Under the pieces are notes generated by a model. The model saw only the letters and a program-made list of their open reading frames with translations. It did no database searches and was not told where the DNA came from. From Macrostomum lignano (Eukaryota), in assembly GCA_002269645.1 (NCBI GenBank), contig NIVC01000688.1, positions 1-64,000 on the forward strand: a stretch of 64,000 bases of DNA. Reading direction: 5' to 3'. The position numbers were made by a program, and so were the translations under genes. Positions 29,051 to 42,144 of the stretch are shown here, piece after piece (within the stretch, counting starts at the first letter, position 1; each line of letters starts with the position of its first letter).

Positions 29051-32000
29051 TCAGACCTGGTAACGCACGGTCACCCTCTGCAGCTGGTCCACCATAATGT
29101 CCTTGTTGTCTGATTGGGTCCTGCGCTGCTGGTAGCGCGGCACTCGAGACCAATCGAAGTAGGTGAACTCCATGGGCGTCTTGCGCTGACGCCGGTGCTC
29201 GTAGGCGGCCTCGATTGAGTCGAAGGTCTGCTGAGGGCTGCGGAGGAAACAGTGTGGTTCTCTGTGTTGCTGCCGTGTCAAGGGGCAAAAAATTTCACGA
29301 TTCAGTAGAACTTTTCAGTGGCTTTAGCACCAGGGGCTTTAGCATCAGGGGCTTTAGCACCAGGGGCTTTAGCACCAGGGGCTTTAGCACCAGGGGCTTT
29401 AGCACCAGAGGCTTTAGCACCAGTGGCGCCAGCACCAGTGGCGCCAGCACCAGGGGCGCCAGCACCAGGGGCGCCAGCACCAGGGGTGCCAGCACCAGGG
29501 GCGCCAGCACCAGTGGCGCCAGCACCAGGGGCGCCAGCACCAGGGGCGCCAGCACCAGGGGCGCCAGCACCAGGGGCGCCAGCACTAGGGGCTGTAGATG
29601 CATAGACATAATAGCTCATAACTTAATTTCAAAGAATGTACTTTTTAATAGATCACAGTGGCCTTTCCTGCACTTAAGCGAACGAGTGACGCTAAAAATG
29701 TAGATTTAAGGTTTTACTTGAATTGCCTGAGAGCTCAGAGCAGCCAACTCACATCATTGATCTGTCGATTTCCGCTTTTCCACCACCATCCTGTTTGATC
29801 GCTTTAGCCGCCCCGGCATCGGTAGCGTCTGGGCAGCCTCTGGTCGCCACGCGGCTGCCGAAGGCCAGCCGGTCCCGCACCAGCTGGTTATCGGTGTCGA
29901 ACAGGCGTTGCGCTTTCATGCGCTCGTTGAATGTGATCTCTGCGAGCGTTTGTAATAATAACAATGAAATGATTTAGAGCACAACGCACAACGCACTCAT
30001 GCACACGCTCACACATGGTGTACACAGCGGCTTTAGCTTTCTAATCGTCAGGCATGTGCACTCTCTGTGCCCTTGGGGATTGACTCTCATGGGGGCTCGA
30101 CAACTCCCCGGCCGGCGGCCAATTTTCGAGCGCACTTATAGCCCCAACTGAGTCTACCGCTGAGCCGCTCTGCCCCTTGTTAGCAGGGTTCTTCCAAGCT
30201 GAAAGGCTCCGTAGAAAAAAATCCCACAGCATTTTATCGATGAAATCTTTATTTCCGGAGCTGTTATCGAAGCTGCAATACCTTGCTAGAGCATACGGTA
30301 CAATTGACATATTGAATTGTTATTTAAACAAAATCTATGTAATTTAAGGCGAAATAATATACGTAGCTCGTATTATACCGGAACAAAGTTCACGAAAAAA
30401 TTATGAAATTTTCTTCAAAATAAGAGTGCAATTATAAGTCATTTGCCGCTTGAATATCACTAAAATTCTTCGTAAGGATTCTTCGTAAGGAGTCTACGTA
30501 AGGAGTCTACGTAGATTCCACATGAATTACGACTACATATCTTCTCGTTGAGAATATACAAAAACATACACAGGTTTTACGAGCTACGTGGTTTTTTTTT
30601 AGTCGCCTCGGAGTATCGCAATCTCGCGTCGTAAAGGGCATGCTCACATTTAACTCCAGTTCTCATTCTCAACACCACTCACCGTGTCTATCCAGCACCT
30701 TGACCGACGGCAGGTGGAAGATGACGTAATCGCGATAGTGCTTCTCCTGGGCTACCGGATTGTCGAACAGAGCTGCACGGTGTTGAAATGTGTGGGAGTG
30801 AGTCAAGTGGTAAGCGATACTCATTAGTATTTTAGGGCGAGAATATACATGCATATCAGCACTGTCAATTTAATATCATATAAGTCTGGTGGTAGCGTGA
30901 AAAGATTCACAACAGTTGAAAAAGCATGCTAAATGCTACTAAGATCATATTCTTAACGATCCCTGACGCTTACATTCTCAACTCCCTGATGCTCATATTC
31001 TCAACTCCCTGATGCTTATATTCTCAACTCCCTGATGCTCATATTCTCAACTCCCTGATGCTTATATTCTCAACTCCCTGATGCTTATATTCTCAACTCC
31101 CTGATGCTTATATTCTCAACTCCCTGATGCTTATATTCTCAACTCCCTGATGCTCATATTCTCAACTCCCTGATGCTCATATTCTCAACTCCCTGACGCT
31201 TATATTCTCAACTCCCTGATGCTTATATTATCAACTCCCTGATGCTTATATTCTCAACTCCCTGATGCTTATATTCTCAACTCCCTGATGCTTATATTCT
31301 CAACTCCCTGATGCTTACATTCTCAACTCCCTGATGCTTATATTCTCAACTCCCTGATGCTTATATTCTCAACTCCCTGATGCTGATATTCTCAACTCCC
31401 TGATGCTTATATTATCAACTCCCTGATGCTTATATTCTCAACTCCCTGATGCTTATATTCTCAACTCCCTGATGCTTATATTCTCAACTCCCTGATGCTC
31501 ATATTCTCAACTCCCTGATGCTTATATTCTCAACTCCCTGATGCTCATATTCTCAACTCCCTGATGCTTATATTCTCAACTCCCTGATGCTCATATTCTC
31601 AACTCTCTGATGCTTATATTCTCAACTCCCTGATGCTCATATTCTCAACTCCCTGATGCTTATATTCTCAACTCCCTGATGCTCATATTCTCAACTCCCT
31701 GATGCTCATATTCTCAACTCCCCGATGCTCATATTCTCAACTCCCTGATGCTCATATTCTCAACTCCCTGATGCTCATATTATTGGTAACTGTGATGCTT
31801 AATTTGTGCTGTAAAAATGTTTAATTTGTTGTGCAGGTGATCGAGTTACATGGAATAAACGAAGGGCATATAGAGTAACATGAGTGTGAATTTTATACGA
31901 GTTCAATAAAAATGAACACTTATTATATACTTGAAAGGTGAACTTGAATTGTACTTACTGATTTTTTCTTAACACTGGAATATTTTACAGGATTCATGGT

Positions 32001-32986
32001 TGGAAATTCAGAATATTTTAATGCTTCAAATTTAAACTATAACAAGTTAAGAACTACTGGAAACTTTTCTCAGCAGCTATACTGGTACTTACTCAAAGTC
32101 TGCAATCCCTGCATATTCTTCAGCTCCTGCACGACTTCCTCAACTTTGCTCAGCTGATTGTTGTGCAGCAAGAGAGTTTTGAGTCCTGTAAGCTGTCCCA
32201 ATGAGCCACTAATGCTGATCAGCTTGTTGTTGTGCAGGTACAAGTCCCCTAGCCGAAGGTTGTCTTTCAAACAGTCCACTTTTAACAGCTGAAATGTTCA
32301 GGCAGTGATTTTCATCACACGGGTCTAAAACTAGCTGTAATAATTTTAAACAAGACACCAGAAATGTACTCACCCTGTTGCCATTAAGCCACACTGCTTG
32401 AAGATTAGGGAAGCAATGAAGTGATGGAATCGTTCCCAATGATCTGAAGTACGAAATATATGTAGCTAAAATTTCGTTTTATAAAATCAGTACCTGCATC
32501 AATATGGATACTGACTGAGAAACTAGCATAAGTAAAGCCTATTAGAAAGACTCACAGTTTTCCTAGATAAAGTTCTTCGACCTCAAACAAGCGCATTACA
32601 TGCTGACTCTTCATTTGATTTTGAAGTTTCTAAAAGAAAAAAATTCCGTATTCGAATATATAGGTCTACCAATATTGTGCAATAAATTTAAGTTTTAAGA
32701 ACAAAATGGAATAGCGAGCTATTAAAGTAGAAATATGAGTTGCTACAAACTGTCAAAACATAAAAAAGGACACAAATTGGAACCAATTTTACGCTAATTT
32801 GACGGATAAATTCAAGTGATGAGATGATTAAATAAAAGCTAGGTAATTATTCGGACGGCTACTTAATTTTTTTATTGCGATTCTTTTTTAAGTTACGCTC
32901 GTATACTCGTCTATCGCTCTCGACACGAGTTGCTAGGCTGGGCTTACCTGGTGCAAAGCTGGATTCGCTTCTAATATGTGTTCCAT
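29051..32986 (-). CDS. LRRC72: Leucine-rich repeat protein 72, 280 aa
   Basis: Exons 32986-32948, 32629-32556, 32443-32374, 32288-32093, 30772-30683, 29939-29753, 29237-29051; total 843 nt with all phases consistent. LRRs, LRRcap (YRDYVIFHLPSVKVLD) and the C-terminal ...MEFTYFDWSRVP resemble vertebrate LRRC72 as I recall it. Confidence 0.85.
29320..29592. repeat. 15-bp minisatellite GGGGC(TTT/GCC)AGCACCA in LRRC72 intron 6
   Basis: About 18 units. The TTT variants are clustered left and the GCC variants right. Confidence 0.93.
29990..30176 (-). mobile_element. SINE family 2 copy in LRRC72 intron 5
   Basis: Head GGGGCAGAGCGGCTCAGCGGTAG. Body shared with 10390-10559. Confidence 0.6.
30960..31782. 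repeat. 23-bp minisatellite ATTCTCAACTCCCTGATGCTTAT in LRRC72 intron 4
   Basis: About 35 near-identical units. Confidence 0.95.
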
Positions 32987-33249
32987 TATATAGCTGTTGA
33001 AAAAGGCTCTTGTTCAAATTTTCAGCTTCCAATTTCGGGTAAGTTTAATAACATCAATGTAATATATTTTACAGATATTCTACCAGCTGCTTGAAAATCA
33101 AATCGTATCTGTGTTGCTACTGAATACAATTTCATACATCTAAAACAGTAACTTAAATAAAATTTAAAACAAACAAACATATACTTTACCAAGAAATTCA
33201 CAGAGCTTGACATACCTACTAGAAAAAGTTACCAAACTTTGATTTACCA

Positions 33250-36200
33250 ATAGTTTCTACGAAAGTAATGTGATAATTTTTAGTAGTAAAAAACTCGATA
33301 GAACCAGTCGAAATCGGCATGTAGTGAGTTTCACTTTTAAAGGGAGGTAATTTTAGATACTGATAAGTTCTTTGTATTTCATATTAAAAGTGATCTGTGA
33401 TTGTAAAGTAATTTTTCGCTGCTCACTCCTATCACTAGGTCTATCCATCAACTAGGTCGTTGATAGCCTCAATATTTGTTTTTGCTTGAACTACAAGATT
33501 CAAGAAAGTGGTTGCTGATTAACTTTTCAAAAATGCTTCGAGATGTATTGTACAAAGGAAAGGACTTAGCAGAAAAAATGTAAGTAAGGCTATAAGGGTA
33601 TGGCTTTTGTGTCTTTAGTCTTGCTAACCCTGATTTTTTTAATTTTACCATTTCTGGAAGTGATGCAAGGAGTGAAAAAGGCAATGTGTTTATTAAAAGA
33701 TGCCATAGGCCTAGTTTGTATTTTTTATGCACTGAGGGGCCTATGGTTTCACTTGAAAATTCACATTGAACAAACCAGTATATAGGCACACAATGCAAGC
33801 AAAAGCAAGAATAGATCCCTAGCTATATTTTTATTTATTAAAAATATTTGCTTTCATTAGGCGTATACAATCATTTAAATAGTGAAATTGTATATATAAC
33901 TACTAGGCCTAAAAGTGTAAGGTGGATTGTAGAATAGAACTGAACTGGATTCTATTTTTGGCCAAAGACAAGTTGCAGAAATGAATTGGTTACCTTGGTA
34001 ATAGTTCTACTTTCTATTTTTTATCTACACTTCTACTTTAGTTTGGTGATAGTCACTTTGGTGAAATCCATTTAGGTGACAGACTGACAGGTTATTTTGG
34101 GGCTAAATGTATATATGCCAGACTCTGGATAGTATACATGTATACCAGCATTTTTTAGTATACAGAGACCTAGAGTATACTATTGGTATACAACTTGATG
34201 TATAAAGGGGCCTAGCATACCCTTTTGGTATACAACTTGGTGTATAAAGATCACTAAGACAGCAGATGGGACCAAAGTTCCAAGTCCCAATCAATATACA
34301 CAGTTAACTTAAAATGATTAAGTTTATATTTGGCATAGTCTCCATGTATATAGTTATAATAGTTAAATTTTATCAAAATGAATAGCTCCTGGCCTTCTAA
34401 AAATGGAAAACTAAATTTAAAAAATGCATTGATTTTTTCTAAGAAGTTAAAGTAAAACAAAAAATAATTGAAATAGACTAGTCCTTTTTGGTTCAATAAA
34501 AATTTACTAGCTTAGTGGTAGCTTTTATTAATAGTATTTTTTAAATGTTAAAATTTAAGTATGTCAGTTTCAATTTTTATTTTTGGTATATTTTTGTTTT
34601 ATAATTCTCTGGTTTAATTAAATAGGAAACTATTTTATTTAAGTAATAAAATATTTTATATTGTAATTAATAATTTCATAGTTATTAAAGTCAATTACTA
34701 TAAAGATTACAATTGACCATAGTGATTTTTATTCATTTTACTAAGTAGACAAAAAGTTTTTTTTCCTTTTAAAGCTCTAAATGATAATTTCTTTATTGCA
34801 AACACAATGGTTAAACCTTCCTTAATCTAAAAGTATTTCCACTATGCTTTAGACAAACTTCAAGATACATAACATATAGGCTTCTCTTTCAAGTCTTTAA
34901 GTGTGTGACAAAAAAGCACCTACTCTATAGCATGATGTTAGTCTACTATGAGTGGCTTGATGGGGTCATTGTATATTAGAATCTTCAATCTCATCAGAGC
35001 TTAGCATAGCTTTGCATGCTTGGAATGCTTCTTAGCATTTAATAAGCCATTGAAAGTTAACACCTTTTTAAAGCAACATATTTAGTGGTTCCAGTAGATC
35101 TTATAGATTTTGAAAAAAATTCTAATAATAGTTTTTTAGACCAACTAGTGAATGTACTTTAGTAGTGTTCCTTGGTATAGGAGCATCAATGATAGCTTTG
35201 GTTATCTTAGGAGACTGGGGAACTCCTATGGCATTGATATAACCTAGAAATTTGATACTTGGCATCATAAACTGGCACTTTGATTGATTGAGTCAAATGC
35301 CATAATCTTGCAATCTCTTTAACATGTCCCTGAACAGTTTTTCATGATCTTTGACTATTAATACTTTTAAAACAATGTTATTAATAAAGCAGATAGTGTC
35401 TAGACCTAAAGTATCTAGTCCATTGCCTTTGAAATTGAGCAGATACACTCTGTCTTCTGCCATCGACAATTACAACATCAAGCTTAATGCCATGATTGTC
35501 ATTGACAATCATGGCATTGTCAATGATTGTCAATCTCTTCATTGTCCACTACTTGCATGGTTGCTTCTCCAAGCAGGGGAATCTTTTTGCTAAAGTACAA
35601 AGTGAGGATCAAGGTCATGCCAGTTGGTTTCACTTCGATCTACTTAATTGTTTATTAATAATTGTGCATTCGGGACCTGTGTCTACCTCAAACGTCACCT
35701 TATTGTTGTTAATTTGCAGTCTCCAAGAAAGGGTTGAATCATTTCTTTTTAGTTCTATTTTCACTGAGCTGGCAGTTCCCACCAATGGCAATGTTACTAA
35801 TGTTTGAGAAGTTGGGAGACTCCTTATTGCTACCTTGGCTTTGATTTTTGCTCATGTATTTTTATTCTTCTTGTGCCTTGGCACAATTTTGGTTGGTAAT
35901 TTCTCCTCTGACCATTCTGTCTGGCTTCGTGAGCTTCTGTCGACTGCTAGGTTCTGCATGCCTTTTCTAGGTGTCTAGGTCTGTTGCACTCCTTGCAGAC
36001 ATAAGATCAATGTGGGCAGCTTCTTGCCCAATGACCCATCGCTAAACATCGGTAGCATCTGCCATAAGTGGGTCTTTTGAGCTTAGCCTGACTTAGTGTT
36101 GTTAATTTGTTAGTGTTGATGAGTGTTACACTTTTTCTGCAGTTTCTATGGTGGTTGATGTTTTTATGGCTTGAGCACAATGTCATCTTTTTGCAGAAGA

Positions 36201-36650
36201 CACTTGCTGCGCAATCTGCAAACCAACTTATCTCATGATAGCTTCATCCAGAAAGCCTCGAAACATGCATGCTGCAGCTAGCTTCCTTAATTTCGCTATG
36301 TACTTTAAGATTACTTTGCCCTCTTGTTGATTTCGATTGTGGAAATTGTAGCACTCCACAATTTTCTTTGGCGTCAATGCAAAATAGTTTCTTAGCGCCA
36401 TTATTAGCTTTTCATAAGACTTACTTTTAAGAAGGGCTGGAGACAGCAGATCTTGCTGCAGACAGTAGCCATCTTCACAAGTTCACCACCACTGTGATGA
36501 GCTCAGCCTTCTTTATGTTTTCATCGGTGATGGCTTTAGCTATGAAATATTGCTCTAACCGTTCTTTGTACACTGACCATCTCTCTGATCTTGCCATATC
36601 CAATTCACTGATTCTTGAAGTGTGTACGGCAGTGATATCTTCGTCGTATA
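33250..36650 (-). mobile_element. Heavily decayed AT-rich Ty3/gypsy LTR retrotransposon (gag-pol)
   Basis: The minus strand gives gag-like MARSERWSVYKERLEQYFIAK at about 36600 and RT-like SKCQFMMPSIKFLGYI at about 35250, with many stops. A decayed PBS-like sequence lies at about 36640. No LTR pair was recognised and the boundaries are approximate. Confidence 0.7.
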
Positions 36651-36846
36651 TGTAGCATCAGGTCTCAGCAAAAAACTCCAAGAATGCAGCTCGGGGCTTG
36701 GTACTTAAAAAAAGTGTCTCTTCAACCTTAACATGGAATAAGTCTGGCCGAAAATTTGTCTTGCAGAGAGACACGCATATAATAATATACCACTAACAGC
36801 AACTGAGGATCTGTCATATCCCAGTCTCAGTGACAGCCAGCCAGTA

Positions 36847-38057
36847 CGAGGGGCACTGCAAAAGTTTTTAGCCATGCCTGGCCAGAACAAGCTGTCATAA
36901 AACTTTCACAGCTTCTCAAAGTACTTTCCGCCAGCTTGCACACCATGTTTCATGCGCTCAAACCAAGCAGAAAAGCAGTGGCGCCACTCAGCATCAGACA
37001 TGTCAGGAACCAGCTCATCGAAGGCATCAGCAGCGTCTTCAGGCGAAGTAAATTGCTTGCCGCGCATGCGATCTTTGACTTTCGGGAGCAAGAAAAAGTC
37101 GCACGGGGCGAGGTCAGGTGAATAGGGCGGGTGGCTCATCAGAGAAACTTCGCTGGACCTCAGAAAATCCTGCGTTGCATGCGCAGTGTGCGCGCTGGCA
37201 TTGTCCTGGTGGAGCATCAGGCCCTGTACTCCTGTCTTGGGACGCGATTTTCTGATGCTGGCAAACACCTCGGGCAGGCAAATGCCTGTGTACCAGGCAG
37301 CTGTGACTGTGCGCTGCTGCTGCAGCCTCACAGTTGCCACATGGCCGCCTCCTGAAGAACGCAGCCAGCATCAGCTTGCCAGTGCTCCTGCCTCGCACAA
37401 CTTTGGTCGGAGGTGCCTCCTCGGCGAATGCCCACACACGCGACTGACACTTTCGCTCTGGCTCGTAGCAGTAGACCCAAGTCTCGTCGCACTTGATGAT
37501 GTCGGAAATCGCCTTGGCTTGGCCATTTTCGAACTTCTGGAGCATCTGCTGGCACCAATCTGACCTGGCCTGCTTCTGCTCAGCTGTGAGCAGGTAAGGC
37601 ACCCAGCGACTCGTCAGCTTGCGCACGCCGATGTGATGGTGCAGGATCTGCTGGATGGCATGCGAATGAATGCCAGGGTCGCCTCCATCTCCTGATAGGT
37701 CACTCGCCGATCTGCTTCAATCATGCTGCGCACAGCAGAGATTTTTTTCAGTGTTGTTGCAGTTGGAGGCCTGCCTGCCCGAGCCTCATCTTCGAGCGAA
37801 TCCCGGCCGCGCCGAAATTCGCGGAACCAGCCGGTGACAGTTGCAAAGGACGGGGCAGAGTCTGAGAAAGCTGCTGACAGCCTTTGATGGCACAGGTGGC
37901 AGTCTAAACCGGATGCTCGCGATTCAGTTCCATAACGCAAATGGAGCAGATGCTGAATGTGTAGTGGGAACTCTATGTGCTATTTTAAACGTGTGAAATA
38001 TGAGACAGATCTGAGCTTTTATGTAGTCATAGCTAAAAACTTTTGCAGTGCCCTTCG
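36847..38057 (-). mobile_element. Mariner (DD34D) transposon, near full length, frameshifted transposase
   Basis: 26-bp TIRs CGAGGGGCACTGCAAAAGTTTTTAGC / GCTAAAAACTTTTGCAGTGCCCTTCG, with TA TSD at 36845-46 and 38058-59. Motifs CDETW, HQDNA and HPPYSPDLAPCDF with 34 residues between D2 and D3. The ORF is split over three frames. Confidence 0.95.
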
Positions 38058-38144
38058 TACCATCTCTCCTACGTTAACTTTCTCATCCAGATGGAAATAT
38101 CACATGTATTGATTTATCGCTCTTAAAATGCTCTACCACGCCAG

Positions 38145-41100
38145 GACTAACGTGGTGATGAACTACACAGAAGTGGAAGCCAAAGTTCGCGAAGCAACAA
38201 ACGATGACGCTTGGGGACCGCACGGCGAGCTGATGCAGGAGCTGGCCCAGTGCACATTCAGTCACGAGCAGTTTCCCGAGGTTATGAGCATGATGTGGAA
38301 GCGGATGCTGACCAGCACAGGCAAGAACTGGCGCAGGGCGTACAAGGTGAGCTGAGGATGAGGCTTGGGGATCTGGGAGTTCTGTGCTCTCTCTTATTTT
38401 TGCTTTTTGGTAGTTCATTGTGGAGTTTGGGAACTTCAGGAAAATGCTGGTAGCGCAGCAAGCAGAGCTGTTGCAACTGTGCCAACTGAATCATTCATGG
38501 AGCTCTGTGTCACACCTCAGTTGAACTGATCAGTCACTGAGCAGCCAGATATCCTCATCGATTTTTTGAGTGATCAATCAAAGCAACCCGTTTTTGCAGT
38601 CGCTGCTGCTGCTGAACTACCTGATCAGGCACGGCTCAGAGCGGGTGGTGACCAACGCCAGGGAGCACGGATACGACCTGCGCTCTCTGGAGTCCTTTCA
38701 GTTCATTGACGAGCGGGGCAAAGACGAGGGCATTAATGGTGAGACTGCTCACTGCTCATTGCTCATAACTCACTGCTCATAACTCATTTCTCACTGCACA
38801 TTACTCACTGCTCACTGCTCATAACTCACTGCTCATAACTCATTTCTCACTGCACATTACTCACTGCTCACTGCTCACTGCTCAATTCTCATTGCTCATT
38901 GCTCATCGCTCACTGCTCACTGCTCACTGCTCCATGCTTACTGCTCCATGCTCACTGCTCCATGCTCACTGCTCCATGCTCACTGCTCCATGCTCACTAA
39001 TTGATATTCAGACTTTCATGGATACCAATACTCGATTGCCTCAACCAACGGTCACTGAGCCCCAATAAACCGTCACTGAGCCGAGCCCCAATAAACAGTC
39101 ACTGAGCTCCAATAAACCGTCACTGAGCTCCAATAAACCGTCACTGAGCCCCGAAAAACCGTCACTGAGCCCCAATAAACCGTCACTAAGCCCCAATAAA
39201 GCGTCACTGAGACCCAATAAACCGTCACTGAGCCCCAATAAACCGTCACTAAGCCCCAATAAACCGTCACTAAGACCCAATAAAGCGTCACTAAGCCCCA
39301 ATAAACCGTCACTGAGACCCAATAAACCGTCACTAAGACCCAATAAAGCGTCACTAAGCCCCAATAAACCGTCACTGAGACCCAATAAACCGTCACTAAG
39401 ACCCAATAAACCGTCACTGAGCCGAGCCCCAATAAACAGTCACTGAGCTCCAATAAACCGTCACTGAGCCCCAATAAACCGTCACTGAGCTCCAATAAAC
39501 CGTCACTGAGCCCCGAAAAACCGTCACTGAGCCCCAATAAACCGTCACTGAGCCCCAATAAACCGTCACTGAGCCCCAATAAACCGTCACTGAGCCCCAA
39601 TAAACCGTCACTGAGCCCCAATAACCTGTCACTGAGCCCCAATAAACCGTCACTGAGCCCCAATAAAGCGTAACTGAGCTTCAATAAACCGTCACTGAGC
39701 CCCAATAAACCGTCACTGAGCCGAGCCCCAATAAACCGTCACTGAGCCCCAATAAAGCGTAACTGAGCTTCAATAAACCGTCACTGAGCCCCAATAAACC
39801 GTCACTGAGCCCCAATAAACCGTCACTGAGCCCCAATAAACCGTCACTGAGCCCCAATAAACCGTCACTGAGCCCCAATAAACCGTCACTGAGCCCCAAA
39901 AAACCGTCACTGAGCCCCAATAAGACGTCACTGAGCCCCAATAAAGCGTCACTGAGCCCCAAAAAACCCTCACTGAGCCCCAATAAAGCGTCACTGAGCC
40001 CCAAAAAACCGTCACTGAGCCCCAAAAAACCGTCACTGAGACCCAATAAACCGTCACTGAGCCCCAATAAACCGTCACTGAGCCCCAATAAACCGTCACT
40101 GAGCCCCAAAAAACCGTCACTGAGACCCAATAAACCGTCACTGAGACCCAATAAACCGTCACTGAGCCCCAATAAACCGTCACTGAGCCCCAATAAACCG
40201 TGGCACCCCCAGTCCGGCAGCGGGCCCGCGAGCTGCTCGAGATCATTCAGGACGACGGCCGCCTGCGCGAGGAGCGGCAGCTGGCCAGGAAGAGCCGCGT
40301 CAAGTGCGGCGGCCTCAGCGGCGCCGGCGGCTTCCGCGACCCCGACAAGCTGAGCGAAGACGACTTTCACTGGCGCGGCGAGTCGGCGCCAGCTTGGCAG
40401 CGCGGCGACGCCGGCGCCAACCCTTCGGCGCCAAACACGCTGGGAGACATTGATGACTGGCAGGCGGGCAAGTACCGGACTGTCAAGGACGAAGTCATGG
40501 ACCGCGTCAGGGACCTTTGGACTTCAAAGAAGCCGCATCTGGATGACAGTGACCACCAGTGAGTGGCCTTCTGTGTGCATTCTTCACACCTGCTGCCGGA
40601 ATTGCAGCCTTCTGTGTGCATTTTTCACACCTGCTGCCGGAACTGCAGCCTTCTGTGTGCATTCTTCACACCTGCTGCCGGAATTGCAGCCTTCTGTGTG
40701 CATTCTTCACACCTGCTGCCGTAATTGCAGCCTTCTGTGTGCATTCTTCACACCTGCTGCCGGAATTGCAGCCTTCTGTGTGCATTCTTCACACCTGCTG
40801 CCGGAATTGCAGCCTTCTGTGTGCATTCTTCACACCTGCTGCCGGAATTGCAGCCTTCTGGGTGCATTTTTCACACCTGCTGCCGGAATTGCAGCCTTCT
40901 GTGTGCATTTTTCACACCTGCTGCCGGAATTGCAGCCTTCTGTGTGCATTTTTCACACCTGCTGCCGGAATTGCAGCCAGTTTACTACTGAGATTTGGGC
41001 TTGCCGAATTCCTGTGCTTGAAGTCCTGGACTCGAATCCTAGTTTTTATCATTTTCATTCAGTTGGAATGAAGTCAGTTTTGTACCTAATCATTCCTTTA

Positions 41101-42080
41101 TTAACTGTTGTGCTGTAATTGTTTCGTACTGAATATTTGTGTTTATATTTATTCTGCGGTTTCAAGTGCCTTCCTCTGTGCAATGGAATGCTTTCAATCT
41201 GCGGTGACTCTGTAAGAATACCTGCTTTAATCTGATTATTGCTGCTTTTGCAGGAAAGTTCACAAGCTGCCAGAGCGACTGGCATCCGCTGTGACCGCCT
41301 TGGACAAAGTGGCTCTGTCTGTGCAATATGGACAGCTTGGGTAATGCTGCAGTGCTCACTGTGCTCAAACTCTGCAGTGCTCACTGTGCTCAAACTCTGC
41401 AGTGCTCACTGTGCTCAAACTCTGCAGTGCTCACTGTGCTCAAACACTGCAGTGCTCACTGTGCTCAAACTCTGCAGTGCTCACTGTGCTCAAACATACT
41501 GCAGTGCTCACTGTGCTCAAACACTGCAGTGCTCACTGTGCTCAGACGCTGCAGTGCTCACTGTGCTCAAACACTGCAGTGCTCACTGTGCTCAAACACT
41601 GCAGTGCTCACTGTGCTCAAACACTGCAGTGCTCACTGTGCTCAGACGCTGCAGTGCTCACTGTGCTCAAACACTGCAGTGCTCACTGTGCTCAAACACT
41701 TCAGTCAGTGCTCACTGTGCTCAAACTTTGCAGTGCTCACTGTGCTCAAACACTGCAATGCTCACTGTGCTCAAACTCTGCAGTGCTCACTGTGCTCAAA
41801 CACTGCAGTGCTCACTGTGCTCAAACACTGCAATGCTCACTGTGCTCAAACACTGCTCAGGCTATGCGGACACCTAAAAATTCTCAGTTCATTCTGAGCT
41901 CAAATTTAATTGATTAAGTAACCAAATAACACGGCTAATAAAGTCAATTAAGTAACAGTTTCTTTTAATCACCTTTGCTGTGTGCTGCAGTGTCTGTTTA
42001 TCTGAGGCTCATTTCAATACAGCTGTGCTGTCTGTCTGTCTGTCTGTCTTTCTGTCTGTCTGTCTGTCTGTCTGTCTGTG

Positions 42081-42144
<64 letters not shown>

